Assembly: GCA_050949505.1 (NCBI GenBank)
Contig: JBMNFV010000001.1
Location: forward strand, 222,284-286,283
Source of the DNA: Patescibacteria group bacterium
GTDB taxonomy: Bacteria; Patescibacteriota; Patescibacteriia; Patescibacteriales; UBA12465
Direction: 5' to 3'
DNA: 64,000 nucleotides
In this document: piece by piece, positions 1-8,865 of the stretch
How positions within the stretch are numbered: the stretch's first letter is position 1
Layout: each line of letters opens with the position of its first letter
The notes under the pieces: generated by a model
Database searches by the model: none
Seen by the model: the letters and a program-made list of their open reading frames with translations, nothing else
Told to the model about the DNA's origin: nothing
Made by a program: the position numbers and the translations under genes

Positions 1-688
1 CATAAAACCAACCATCACAATGACACTTTTCTAAGTCCAAGCTAACTCCGTCATCTTTTAGATAAGCGAGCCCTAGGCCCTCTTGAGTGATCTCTGAATT
101 AGGAAAAAGTTCTTCATTTTTTGTGGTTTGCTCAAAAATTAATTTAGATAAAGCTAGGTCATTATAAACTACTAGCCCTTCGGGGTTAATAGTCTCTCCA
201 GCCAGATTTAGAACATCTTCTATTTCCACTAAACCGTTAGAATCAAAGGTGAAGGTTTGAACATTGATAATCCCATTAGCTCCTCCAGTATACTCTTCAA
301 CGATGAATAGGTAAGAGACGGTGTCTAGGTCTGAGGAATTAAACTTTTGATAAAGAATGTTTAAGGTGTAGACCATCTTAGGTCTGTCAGGAAATTCTTG
401 GGCTACGGCTTGTTCAGCGTTATAAATTTCTCCACCTACTTCCCAGTCAGCCATTCTTTCTTCAACTAAATTAGTAACATAGGTTTTCATTATATTATCT
501 TTATCCAAGCTCTCCCGGGGATACTCGGCCTTTATCTCATAAAAATCACTAGAGCGCTCAATAGTGACAGTGTCATAGGTAGGTTCAATAAAACTCTCTT
601 TAAGCAGCTTAGCTCCGTAGGCCAAGATAATAACAATGACTGCGGTAATAAAAATACTTAAAGTGATTAAGAAGGTTTTCTTTTTCAT
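1..688 (-). CDS. Membrane-anchored DUF3298/RsiV-like domain protein (C-terminus cut by window edge)
   Basis: Absent from the ORF track because it runs off the window. My translation of the reverse strand from ATG at 688-686 gives MKKKTFLITLSIFITAVIVIILAYG (TM anchor), then ...YLFIVEEYTGGANGIINVQTFTFDSNG..., resembling the YTGGAH core of DUF3298-type domains. The frame stays open to position 1. Confidence 0.6.
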   Translation of the reverse strand, partial: MKKKTFLITLSIFITAVIVIILAYGAKLLKESFIEPTYDTVTIERSSDFYEIKAEYPRESLDKDNIMKTYVTNLVEERMADWEVGGEIYNAEQAVAQEFPDRPKMVYTLNILYQKFNSSDLDTVSYLFIVEEYTGGANGIINVQTFTFDSNGLVEIEDVLNLAGETINPEGLVVYNDLALSKLIFEQTTKNEELFPNSEITQEGLGLAYLKDDGVSLDLEKCHCDGWFY

Positions 689-720
689 AAAATTAGATTA
701 ATAAATTATTATTACTAAGG

Positions 721-794
721 TGGACCATGGCGGATTCGAACCGTCGACCTTTCCGATGTGAACGGAACGCTCTAACCAACTGAGCTAATGATCC
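721..794 (-). tRNA. tRNA-Val (anticodon CAC)
   Basis: The reverse complement folds as a cloverleaf: acceptor GGATCAT/ATGGTCC, D arm GCTC-AGTTGGTTA-GAGC, anticodon arm TTCCG-TTCACAT-CGGAA, T loop TTCGAAT. Discriminator A is followed by CC then T, so CCA is not fully encoded. One A-C mismatch in the T stem. Confidence 0.9.
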
Positions 795-801
795 CTTACG
801 G

Positions 802-885
802 TGGGCAAGAGAGGACTCGAACCTCCATGATATTGCTATCACTACGACCTGAACGTAGCGCGTCTGCCAATTTCGCCACTTGCCC
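802..885 (-). tRNA. tRNA-Leu (anticodon CAG), class II with long variable arm
   Basis: Reverse complement is GGGCAAG...CTTGCCCA. Anticodon arm CTACG-TTCAGGT-CGTAG, variable arm TGATA-GCAA-TATCA, T arm GGAGG-TTCGAGT-CCTCT. Discriminator A is followed by CC then G. Confidence 0.9.
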
Positions 886-916
886 TCTCGCTAAGAGTAT
901 AATAGAACGAATTAAT

Positions 917-1663
917 TTATTTTTCAAATAGTTGCCGAGCTTGCCAATAGGCGCAATGATCACAGTATTTGCTAGCGGGAGGAATCTGACTACTATCTAA
1001 GCAAGTCTTTATCTTTAGTAGGGTTTTTTCTACCCAAGCATCATTCCCTTCATAAGGAATAAGATGGACATCAAATTCAATCTTTTTATCAAAGGCCTGC
1101 CTGTCAGTCTTGCCAGTACAATAGACAAAGTAACCTAGGTTAGAAACAGGCAAGCCTTGGCGGCGTAAGAGCCATTGGTAAATTTCCAGCTGACGTTTAT
1201 AGATACGCTGCCATCCCTGATCCAAGGCCGTTACCGCCTCTTCTTTAGCGGTAGCCTTATAGTCCACTACTAAATATTCTCCCTGGGGATTGATCCACAG
1301 GTCATCAATTGCCCCAGAGATTGTTAAGCCGGTGGGAGCGTGAAAGTATTTTATCCCTCCAAAGTTACGGCGCCATTCAGGAAGTTCTTGATGGGAGACT
1401 GGCCGAGCCTCAACGCCATATTCCTGCTGTAGAGGATGTTGTTCGCCCTTAACACGGTAAATATCAAATTCTTGTTTAAGTAGTTGGTCAATGGCGTTAT
1501 TAATGTGAAAAGGGAAACCGGGCACTCGCCTAACTCCCAATTTGTTATCTAAGTAGAAGCAGCGTGGGCATTCTAAGAATAGTTCTATTTTGCTTCGGCT
1601 TAGCTGCCAATTCTTTCCACCATAGTTCCAGGCAGCTTGCCTTAGAGGGTTGTAGAAGGCCAT
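917..1663 (-). CDS. PD-(D/E)XK nuclease, Cas4/RecB-like, with 2+2 cysteine cluster
   Basis: 248 aa. Motifs: GAIDDLW...LVVDYKAT (D...DxK catalytic core), QLEIYQWLL (QxxxY), N-terminal CPRC and C-terminal CDHC cysteine pairs, as in Fe-S or Zn-stabilised Cas4/AddB-type nuclease domains. Confidence 0.7.
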   Translation of the reverse strand: MAFYNPLRQAAWNYGGKNWQLSRSKIELFLECPRCFYLDNKLGVRRVPGFPFHINNAIDQLLKQEFDIYRVKGEQHPLQQEYGVEARPVSHQELPEWRRNFGGIKYFHAPTGLTISGAIDDLWINPQGEYLVVDYKATAKEEAVTALDQGWQRIYKRQLEIYQWLLRRQGLPVSNLGYFVYCTGKTDRQAFDKKIEFDVHLIPYEGNDAWVEKTLLKIKTCLDSSQIPPASKYCDHCAYWQARQLFEK

Positions 1664-1824
1664 AGAGATAAAATTAGATTAGTTAGCCCTATTAGTTTAC
1701 AACAAAAAAAGCGGCCTGGCGAATGAGGTAAAAATAGGGCTAGAGCTAGCTTAATTTTTTTTATTTGCTATACTGAAGGTAGTTAATTAAATTTATAAAA
1801 ATAATTAATAAATAATAAAAATTT

Positions 1825-2298
1825 ATGAAGAAAATATTTTTATTGTCATTTTTAGCAATTGGAACAATTTTTTTTCTAACTGCTTGTTCTAGTCCTAGCA
1901 GTGAGCAAACCTTACCTAATGAAGAGGTGGCTGAGACTGAGAGCATTATCACTTGCACCAGTCCTAGTGAAGAGGGTTGTGAGTCTTGCTTAAGAGTTGA
2001 TGGAGAGGGAGAGGCTTGCGCCTTGCTCTCTTGGTCAGGTGGTGAAGATGCCGAGGTTGAGCCTTGGTACAACATGACGGAGACCGCTGAGTGTGGGACT
2101 GATGCTCCTCTTTGTGACTCTTGTTTAAAGAGAGATCAAAGTGAGTTAGCGGAATTGATGGAAAATCCTAACTTCCAAGAGTGTGACTGCGAGGCAGTTG
2201 ATTGGGAGAATCAAATAGATGCTTGTTTTATGCCAATGAGCTGCGAATGTCTCTGTGGTCGCTATGACCGCCTGTCTACCGCTTGTCCAGTAGAATAA
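1825..2298 (+). CDS. Cysteine-rich acidic lipoprotein, unknown function
   Basis: 157 aa. Signal peptide with lipobox (FFLTAC), a mature part rich in Cys/Glu/Asp, and a hairpin terminator downstream. Preferred over the overlapping antisense ORF 1761..2075, which has no recognisable features. Confidence 0.65.
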   Translation: MKKIFLLSFLAIGTIFFLTACSSPSSEQTLPNEEVAETESIITCTSPSEEGCESCLRVDGEGEACALLSWSGGEDAEVEPWYNMTETAECGTDAPLCDSCLKRDQSELAELMENPNFQECDCEAVDWENQIDACFMPMSCECLCGRYDRLSTACPVE

Positions 2299-2334
2299 GG
2301 AGCTAGGGGTAGCAATAAATAAAGCGATTAGAAA

Positions 2335-2370
2335 GAAAAAACCTCCGTAATTAAACGGAGGTTTTTGTTT
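2335..2370. terminator. Bidirectional rho-independent terminator
   Basis: 7-bp stem CCTCCGT/ACGGAGG (2342-2348 / 2355-2361), 6-nt loop, A-run upstream and TTTTTGTTT downstream. Confidence 0.7.
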
Positions 2371-2441
2371 GATAAGAGGTCTAGTATGATTTAAGAACTT
2401 GGCTCGTAGGTAGAAGATATATTGATATTATAATTTTAGAT

Positions 2442-2474
2442 AAATAAAAAAGGAAGCTGGTTTAGGGCTTCCTT
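2442..2474 (-). terminator. Rho-independent terminator for the 2492..3055 gene
   Basis: 8-bp stem AAGGAAGC/GCTTCCTT (2450-2457 / 2467-2474). On the minus strand it is followed by a T-run (complement of A-run 2446-2450), 18 nt past the stop codon. Confidence 0.65.
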
Positions 2475-2491
2475 ATAGATTTTGCGAGCAT

Positions 2492-3055
2492 TTAAGCGAC
2501 TGCTTTTAACAGCGCTATTTGCTTGAGAATGCCATCGGTGTGGCTTTTGACAAAACCCCCGCACTGGTAGTCGTTTATGAGATACCAGCTAGATGCCGGG
2601 TTTTCTGGATTTTTTGAGACATCCGGACGAAAAGTTTTTTCTAATCTTTCCTTTTCACCAAGCCAATAAGCAGCTGGCTTGGTCCAGAGGCCAAATACAT
2701 TTCCTAGAAAAACTTTTTCAGCAGTAACTACCTCGCCTTTAACAGTCCTATTGAAGCCATATTCACAACGTCCGGCGTTATGAAAATGTGCTTGTAAGGC
2801 CTCTAGGGCTTCAATTTGCGCATTGAGTTTGCCGTTGCGATTGCGTTTTTCAAGGTCAAGAATTTCTTGGCCGAATCCGCCAGCATCTTGAATTGGGGAA
2901 ATAACTTGGAAAAGGCGAACTATGGCCTCAACCTTGTTATTCATAGTGCTTATTTTTTGGATTTCTTTTTCCAGAACTTGGATTCTTGGCTGAATCCTTT
3001 CAATAATTTTTTTTGAACCTAAGAATAGGTTCGCAAGAGAATTTACTTTTTTCAT
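2492..3055 (-). CDS. Hypothetical protein (N-terminal coiled-coil-like region)
   Basis: 187-aa ORF with its own terminator. I recognise no family motif. The overlapping + strand ORF 2816..3016 is judged spurious. Confidence 0.5.
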   Translation of the reverse strand: MKKVNSLANLFLGSKKIIERIQPRIQVLEKEIQKISTMNNKVEAIVRLFQVISPIQDAGGFGQEILDLEKRNRNGKLNAQIEALEALQAHFHNAGRCEYGFNRTVKGEVVTAEKVFLGNVFGLWTKPAAYWLGEKERLEKTFRPDVSKNPENPASSWYLINDYQCGGFVKSHTDGILKQIALLKAVA

Positions 3056-3308
3056 GACTATCTTTTTTTAAATTGTTAATGAACTATCTCAATGGTTAAA
3101 TAATAGCATATTTATATTAAAATGTCAATAGCTTGAGCCCTACATTCTGCCCCCAATCTTAATTTTCTTTAAGCTGTTTCTATTTGTCTTTATTTGAAAA
3201 ATCTCTAATTAGAATAGGAGTTTAAATAATCTGCTAGCTAGCTATTACAAATAAGGGTTTAGCTGGAAAAATTATTAATATTAAATTTAAAGAGTCTCAT
3301 TTTTATCT

Positions 3309-3335
3309 ACAAAAGACTCCCTAAATGGGAGTCTT
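3309..3335 (-). terminator. Rho-independent terminator downstream of tRNA-Ala
   Basis: 9-bp stem AAGACTCCC/GGGAGTCTT (3313-3321 / 3327-3335), loop TAAAT. The minus strand reads stem then TTTTGT, 10 nt after the tRNA 3' end. Confidence 0.7.
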
Positions 3336-3344
3336 GGTTTAAGG

Positions 3345-3417
3345 TGGACCCTACAGGACTCGAACCTGCCGCCTCCTGCTTGCAAAGCAGGCGCTCTACC
3401 AGATGAGCTAAGGGCCC
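3345..3417 (-). tRNA. tRNA-Ala (anticodon UGC)
   Basis: Reverse complement is GGGCCCTTAGCTCATCTGGTAGAGCGCCTGCTTTGCAAGCAGGAGGCGGCAGGTTCGAGTCCTGTAGGGTCCA. The G3:U70 alanine identity pair is present. Anticodon loop is TTTGCAA. Discriminator A is followed by CC then T. Confidence 0.93.
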
Positions 3418-3465
3418 TTAATGACTAATTGAGTATAAGTAATAAAAAAGAATTAGTCCAGAGTT

Positions 3466-3714
3466 TTAGTTATATCTAGTTAGCGGAGAAGTTAGCCAAG
3501 TGAGAAAGTCAGTACTATTACCAGTTAAAGTGATAAGGCCCACAAAGACAAAAATTAGGCCAACCAATTTATAGCCTAAGCGACTACCACCACTAGAGCC
3601 GAGCTTTTGCTCAAACCAAGACATCCGGCCAAAGTTTTCTAGCAACCACTCAGTTTTAATAATAATTAAAATTCCTAGAGCTATTAAAATTAAGCCAAGA
3701 AAAAAACTGCCCAT
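3466..3714 (-). CDS. Small two-TM membrane protein
   Basis: 82 aa with two hydrophobic helices (FFLGLILIALGILIII, LVGLIFVFVGLITL). It lies 3 nt downstream of the M23 peptidase gene on the same strand. Confidence 0.5.
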   Translation of the reverse strand: MGSFFLGLILIALGILIIIKTEWLLENFGRMSWFEQKLGSSGGSRLGYKLVGLIFVFVGLITLTGNSTDFLTWLTSPLTRYN

Positions 3715-3717
3715 AAA

Positions 3718-5040
3718 TTAAAAGTTAGTGTAATTAAAAGGATTATATTTTATACCTCCAACTACAACTTCAAAGTGGAGGTGAGGTCCAGTAGAGCGAC
3801 CAGTGGAGCCAACGGTAGCGATTTGTTGCCCGCGGGTAACGGTTTCACCAACCTTAACATATAGTTTAGTGGCGTGACCGTAACGAGTCCTCATGCCGCT
3901 ACTATGTTCAAGTAGAATGGTATTACCATAGCCACCATTATAACCCCCTTGAGAAATAATTACCACTCCATCGTCAGCGGCATAAATAGGGGTGCCAATT
4001 GGACAGGCCACGTCTAGACCAGGGTGGCTAACGGAGAAGTATTGGGAAATTCTAGTACAGCCCACCGGCCAAACTAATTTATTAGAACTAGTTTTAGCGG
4101 TGCTAGGGTTAATCAGATCTTTAATAACCGAGGCCCCGGTATAGCTTGGGGTGCTAGGAGCGCTGGCGACTACAGGTGCGCTAATCTTTCTAGCTCCGGG
4201 AAGAATTAGTTCCTTGCCAATAGTTAAAGTGTTTCCTAGAGAATTAGCCGCTACAATCTTATCTATCTCTAGGTCATAGGTTTTAGCAATTTTAGCTAAA
4301 GTATCACCACTTTTAACAGTATAGAGCAGACCACTTTGAGCAGGGATAGTTAATTCTCGGCCAATCTTTAAAAGGCTAGTGGCACTCAGGTCATTAGCCC
4401 ATAAGATAGTATTAACAGTTAAACCAAAGCTTTGGGCAATAGAAGAAATAGTGTCACCAGGCTTAATGGTATAATAAGTGGTGCCTGACCTGATCGGAGT
4501 ACCAGTGTCACTGATGACGAGGTCAGTTTGTTGTTCTTTAGGTTTAGCAATTACATCAGGGTCACCGACAGGGAAGTTGATATTGCTAGCAACCACTCGC
4601 TCTTCCGTTGTTTCCAAGTCTTCATTTTTCTTTAGAGCCAGCAAATCGTCTTCATAGCTCTCAGTATCAGTTAAACTGGCCAATAAGCTTAAGGGAATTG
4701 AGCCCTCTTCAATTAACTCATCATCAAAGGTGTCGTAATAGCTATTATGGAACAAGCTAGAGGCAACAGTTTTCTTAATTTTAGTAGGCATCGCCTTAGC
4801 TCGTTGAGTATTGCCCGCTCCAGAGACCAAGACTACAGTTACTAAAATAGTAATTAGAGGGTAAAGAGGTTGTTTCCAAAGTAGTTCTAGGGGAGAGTCT
4901 TTGATCACCCCACTTCGTTTCCAGCGAAAAATTTGGTAATAGATTTTTACGAGAATTTTATAGAAAATGCCTTTAAAAAGGAAAAGAAGAATTCCGATTA
5001 ACAGCTTAATCGGGGCAATGATTAATTTCTTAAGTAGCAT
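3718..5040 (-). CDS. LysM-domain M23 family metallopeptidase (peptidoglycan endopeptidase)
   Basis: 440 aa. N-terminal TM segments, two LysM repeats (YYTIKPGDTISSIAQSFGL..., LYTVKSGDTLAKIAKTYDL...), and a C-terminal M23 core GYGNTILLEH...GSTGRSTGPHLHFEV. Confidence 0.9.
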   Translation of the reverse strand: MLLKKLIIAPIKLLIGILLFLFKGIFYKILVKIYYQIFRWKRSGVIKDSPLELLWKQPLYPLITILVTVVLVSGAGNTQRAKAMPTKIKKTVASSLFHNSYYDTFDDELIEEGSIPLSLLASLTDTESYEDDLLALKKNEDLETTEERVVASNINFPVGDPDVIAKPKEQQTDLVISDTGTPIRSGTTYYTIKPGDTISSIAQSFGLTVNTILWANDLSATSLLKIGRELTIPAQSGLLYTVKSGDTLAKIAKTYDLEIDKIVAANSLGNTLTIGKELILPGARKISAPVVASAPSTPSYTGASVIKDLINPSTAKTSSNKLVWPVGCTRISQYFSVSHPGLDVACPIGTPIYAADDGVVIISQGGYNGGYGNTILLEHSSGMRTRYGHATKLYVKVGETVTRGQQIATVGSTGRSTGPHLHFEVVVGGIKYNPFNYTNF

Positions 5041-5192
5041 TAAAGCTTTTAGAGAGATTAATCCTAAATCTATACCCAGTTTCTTTAATTGTTGGCCTAA
5101 ACGATGTTTGATATAATTGCGAAAAAGTAGGGTAAGCCTAGCATTTTTTAAGGGTTTTAGTCAATTTATAGAACTTTTTTAGCAGGGCTAGA

Positions 5193-6101
5193 TTAATCAA
5201 CTACTAGAGGAAAAGGCTTTTTTTGTCCATAAGCCTGGGGGCCACTTTTGACATAATTAGCAATATTTCTTTGGAAATAAGGAGGCTTGCTTTCTTGAAT
5301 TTTGCCGATTAGATAATAACTAAGAGCCATCACTAGGCCGGCTTGAGCCTGGGCGGGCAATTTAAGGAGGTAGCGATTTTCCGGTAGACCAAAGTGTTGA
5401 TTAGTTCCCCAACTAATTACCAATTCATGTTTATTAGGGTTAACGAACTTAGCATGTCTCGCTTCCCCAAAGCTAAAGGCCCGCAGAGATAGTTGAGAGC
5501 CAAAGAGTTCATCACGCTTAATGGTTAGCATGGGCGCTACCGCTGACAAGTGGTCAGGTAAAATGAAAGTAAAGGCCCGATATTTTTTAAAGTCAGGTAA
5601 TCGCAGGGATTTTAAGTATTTTTTAATAAACCGAGGATCTTCTTGAGTACTAGATAGAATCATACCAAGGTAGGTAGAGACATTATAGGTATAGGGCTCA
5701 GGAATCTTTTTATATAAAATAACCTGGTCGGCTAGTTGGGCAGCTGGGGAGTCTTTTTGGCAGGTTAAAAGAATAGTCTTTAGGCCAACCTGTTTAGCCA
5801 AGTCTATTTCCCAGACCGAATCTTTAGAACCAGAGGCGGAGATAATAATTGCCTCAGTAATGGTTTTATTTCTTATTAAAGGCCGGTAGGTACTAACTAC
5901 TTGAGCAAAGGTACTCTCATTAGCCACAAGGGCTCGCCGTTTGGCAAAGAGCACTTGGGCGGTATGATAAGCGTTACCACTACCGACGACAAGCGGGAAA
6001 GAACGAGCGGCTAAGCGAAGGCGACGGGGAGGGGTTTTAATAAAAAAGTCTAAAGCTTGCAGAGTGATCTCTGCTAGACTAGCTAGTTGAATTTTACTCA
6101 T
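5193..6101 (-). CDS. SIS-domain protein (possible phosphosugar isomerase)
   Basis: 302 aa. SIS-like signature IIISASGSKDSVWEIDLAKQVGLKTILLTCQKDSPAAQLADQVI. Substrate specificity is not determinable from sequence. Confidence 0.6.
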   Translation of the reverse strand: MSKIQLASLAEITLQALDFFIKTPPRRLRLAARSFPLVVGSGNAYHTAQVLFAKRRALVANESTFAQVVSTYRPLIRNKTITEAIIISASGSKDSVWEIDLAKQVGLKTILLTCQKDSPAAQLADQVILYKKIPEPYTYNVSTYLGMILSSTQEDPRFIKKYLKSLRLPDFKKYRAFTFILPDHLSAVAPMLTIKRDELFGSQLSLRAFSFGEARHAKFVNPNKHELVISWGTNQHFGLPENRYLLKLPAQAQAGLVMALSYYLIGKIQESKPPYFQRNIANYVKSGPQAYGQKKPFPLVVD

Positions 6102-6195
6102 ATTTTAGTTGTTTTATCTATTTTCCATTATAATTCATCTTGATTTTTATTTCAATTTGAGATAAGATAAAAGCACTAAAATTAAGAGAAATTTT

Positions 6196-6915
6196 ATGTC
6201 CGGACATTCTAAATGGGCAACAACTCATCGACAAAAATCAGTTGCGGATGCTAAGCGGGGGGCAATTTTTACCAAACTAGGCAATGTAATTACTATTGCC
6301 GCCAGAAAGGGGGGCGATCCTAGCGCTAACCCTTCTCTGCGAGCAGCAATAGATAGGGCGCGTGAGGCTAGTATGCCTAAGGATAATATAGAGCGAGCCA
6401 TTAAAAGGGGGACTGGAGAGCTGGGCGGTGAAGTGGTGGAGGAGCTTTATTATGAAGGAGTTTTGCCAGCTGGAGTGCAAGTAGTAGTTAAGTGTATTAC
6501 TGATAACAAGAACCGGAGCAGTGCTAGCGTGCGCCATGCTTTTACCAAGCACGGCGGCTCCTTGGGGGCGGTGCTTTGGAATTTTGATCAGCTAGGGGTG
6601 ATTATGATTTCCCGGGCTGAACTACGGGCAAAGGAAATTGAGCAAGCAGATCTAGAGTTAGCCTTGATTGACTTAAATGTCGCTGAGATTATCAGCGATG
6701 AAGAGGGCTTAATTATCCAAACAGAGATTAAGGATTTTATTACCATTAAAGACTACTTAGAAAATCAAGGTCTATCACTAGAGTCAGCGGAGATAGAGTA
6801 TGTGGCTAAAGACAAATTGTCGCTAGAGACAGCTGAACAAGAGACAGTTGATCGTTGCCTGGAGATGCTGGAAGATAATGAAGATGTTAGTGCTTGTTAT
6901 ACTAATTTAGAGTAA
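6196..6915 (+). CDS. yebC: YebC/PmpR family DNA-binding transcriptional regulator
   Basis: 239 aa. Canonical N-terminus MSGHSKWATTHRQKSVADAKRGAIFTKL. Confidence 0.95.
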   Translation: MSGHSKWATTHRQKSVADAKRGAIFTKLGNVITIAARKGGDPSANPSLRAAIDRAREASMPKDNIERAIKRGTGELGGEVVEELYYEGVLPAGVQVVVKCITDNKNRSSASVRHAFTKHGGSLGAVLWNFDQLGVIMISRAELRAKEIEQADLELALIDLNVAEIISDEEGLIIQTEIKDFITIKDYLENQGLSLESAEIEYVAKDKLSLETAEQETVDRCLEMLEDNEDVSACYTNLE

Positions 6916-6922
6916 ATAATTC

Positions 6923-7417
6923 ATGACTAAGGAGCGAATTATTCTAGGCATAGACCCGGGAACCGCGGATACTGGCTACGGGGTAATTAAGGTTAAGGGC
7001 AGCCAATTAACCTGCCTAACTTACGGAACAATAAAAACATCTGCTACTCAAAGTCTAGCCGAACGACTGTTTAGTTTAGACCAAGAGTTAAATAAAATAA
7101 TTAAACAATACCAGCCAAGCTATGTCGCGGTTGAGCAGTTATTTTTTAATAAAAATACTAAAACTGCCTTGGCCGTCGGACAGGCCCGAGGAGTAATTCT
7201 CTTAGCAATAGCTAAAAATAAGTTACCCTATTTTGAGTATACTCCGCCTCAAGTCAAGTTAGCGGTCACTAGCCACGGACAAGCTAATAAATTACAAGTA
7301 CAAAAAATGGTTAAATTAATATTAGGGCTGAAGGAAATTCCTCAACCAGATGATGCCGCTGATGCCCTAGCTATCGCCATCACGGCTTTAAATACTCGCT
7401 TATGTCAAAAAAATTAA
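6923..7417 (+). CDS. ruvC: Crossover junction endodeoxyribonuclease RuvC
   Basis: 164 aa. ILGIDPGTADTGYGVI...VAVEQLFF...DDAADALAIA matches the RuvC catalytic acidic residues. yebC-ruvC adjacency is common. Confidence 0.93.
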   Translation: MTKERIILGIDPGTADTGYGVIKVKGSQLTCLTYGTIKTSATQSLAERLFSLDQELNKIIKQYQPSYVAVEQLFFNKNTKTALAVGQARGVILLAIAKNKLPYFEYTPPQVKLAVTSHGQANKLQVQKMVKLILGLKEIPQPDDAADALAIAITALNTRLCQKN

Positions 7418-8865
7418 AATTAGTTCACATTGCTTCTGAGGTCGCTCCTTTTTCTAAAACAGGGGGACTGGGAGATGTTGCTCGCAGTCTGCCTAAAGCT
7501 TTAAATCGCTTAGGACACGAAGTGATGATTATCACTCCGCTGTATGGCAAGATTATTGACAAGAAGAAGTATAACTTAAAGTTAATTTCTAAAGATATTG
7601 ATGTTCGCCTAAATTCAGTAGAATCGGTGAAGGTTAATTATTGGCAAGGCTATTTAATGGAAGGCTTGCCAGTTTATTTTATTGAAAACACCGAATTCTT
7701 TTCTAAGCGAAAGAAAATTTATGGCTCTGACAGAGAAAATGCTCGCTTTCTAGTTTTTAGTGTGGCGGCGCTCAAGCTTTTGTCAGTACTAAAGATTCCC
7801 GTTGATATTATTCATTGTCATGACTGGCAAACTGGACTAATTCCTCACTATTTAAAAACAGATTTTCGCTATTCTAAAACACTTAGAAAAGCCAAAACAA
7901 TTTTCACTATTCATAATTTAATTTTTCAGATGGGGCGTAATTGGTGGGAAATTCCCACTGATAGGAAGGACTATGGTCGGGGTAAAATTCCTCATTTAAG
8001 CGACCCTCGCTTGGAGGATATTAATTTTGCCAAACGAGCAATCTTATCTGCAGATATTATTAATACGGTTAGTGAGCAATATCGGGAGGAAATTATGACC
8101 AAAAAGTTTGGGCAAGACTTGCAGCGGATTTTAAGAAACAGGGAAGATCGCTTATTTGGAATTATCAATGGGATAGACCATAATACTTATAATCCAGAGA
8201 AAGATGATAGTCTTTACCGACAATATACTCCGGAGCAGTTAGAGCTTAAACTAGAAAACAAGAAATATCTTCAGCAAAAAATTGGTTTGCCAGTAGCAGA
8301 TGTTCCAATCTTATGTACCACCTCTCGGGTTACCTTTCAGAAGGGTTTTAATTTAATCTTAGGAATCATTGAGCACCTGCTAAAGTTAAATATTCAAATT
8401 ATCTTTTTAGGGGATGGTAATGAAGAATATATTAAGCCCCTTAAAAAGATTCAAAGGAAATATCAGGATAAAACCATTTGGTTACCCTTTGATCAAAATA
8501 AGGAAAGCCTATTGTATGCGGCCGCTGACCTATTTTTGCTTCCCTCTAATCACGAGCCTTGTGGAATTAATCAATTGATTGCTATGCGCTATGGCTGTAT
8601 TCCCATTGTCCGAGCGGTAGGGGGCCTGCGAGATACGGTAGAGAATTTTAATCCGAGTACGGGGCGAGGAACTGGCTTTACCTTTAAAACGGAGGATGAG
8701 TTTCTGTTTTACGCGGCGATTATCAGGGCCCTGGAGAATTATAAACATAAAAAAGTGTGGCGCAATTTAGTTAGGCGAGCGATGAGTCAATCAACTAGTT
8801 GGCAAATTCCCGCTAAAAAATATGTTAATCTTTATCGCCGGGATTTACGTAGCAAAAAAGTATGA
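7402..8865 (+). CDS. glgA: Glycogen/starch synthase (GT5)
   Basis: 487 aa. KTGGLGDV motif near the N-terminus and a C-terminal PSNHEPCGINQL motif typical of GlgA. Overlaps ruvC by 16 nt. Confidence 0.92.
   Translation: MSKKLKLVHIASEVAPFSKTGGLGDVARSLPKALNRLGHEVMIITPLYGKIIDKKKYNLKLISKDIDVRLNSVESVKVNYWQGYLMEGLPVYFIENTEFFSKRKKIYGSDRENARFLVFSVAALKLLSVLKIPVDIIHCHDWQTGLIPHYLKTDFRYSKTLRKAKTIFTIHNLIFQMGRNWWEIPTDRKDYGRGKIPHLSDPRLEDINFAKRAILSADIINTVSEQYREEIMTKKFGQDLQRILRNREDRLFGIINGIDHNTYNPEKDDSLYRQYTPEQLELKLENKKYLQQKIGLPVADVPILCTTSRVTFQKGFNLILGIIEHLLKLNIQIIFLGDGNEEYIKPLKKIQRKYQDKTIWLPFDQNKESLLYAAADLFLLPSNHEPCGINQLIAMRYGCIPIVRAVGGLRDTVENFNPSTGRGTGFTFKTEDEFLFYAAIIRALENYKHKKVWRNLVRRAMSQSTSWQIPAKKYVNLYRRDLRSKKV

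Noticed and set aside
1761-2075. 104-aa minus-strand ORF overlapping the lipoprotein gene
   Set aside because: It has no signal, motif or terminator logic. The opposite-strand ORF has a lipobox signal peptide and a downstream terminator, so this one is most likely a shadow ORF.
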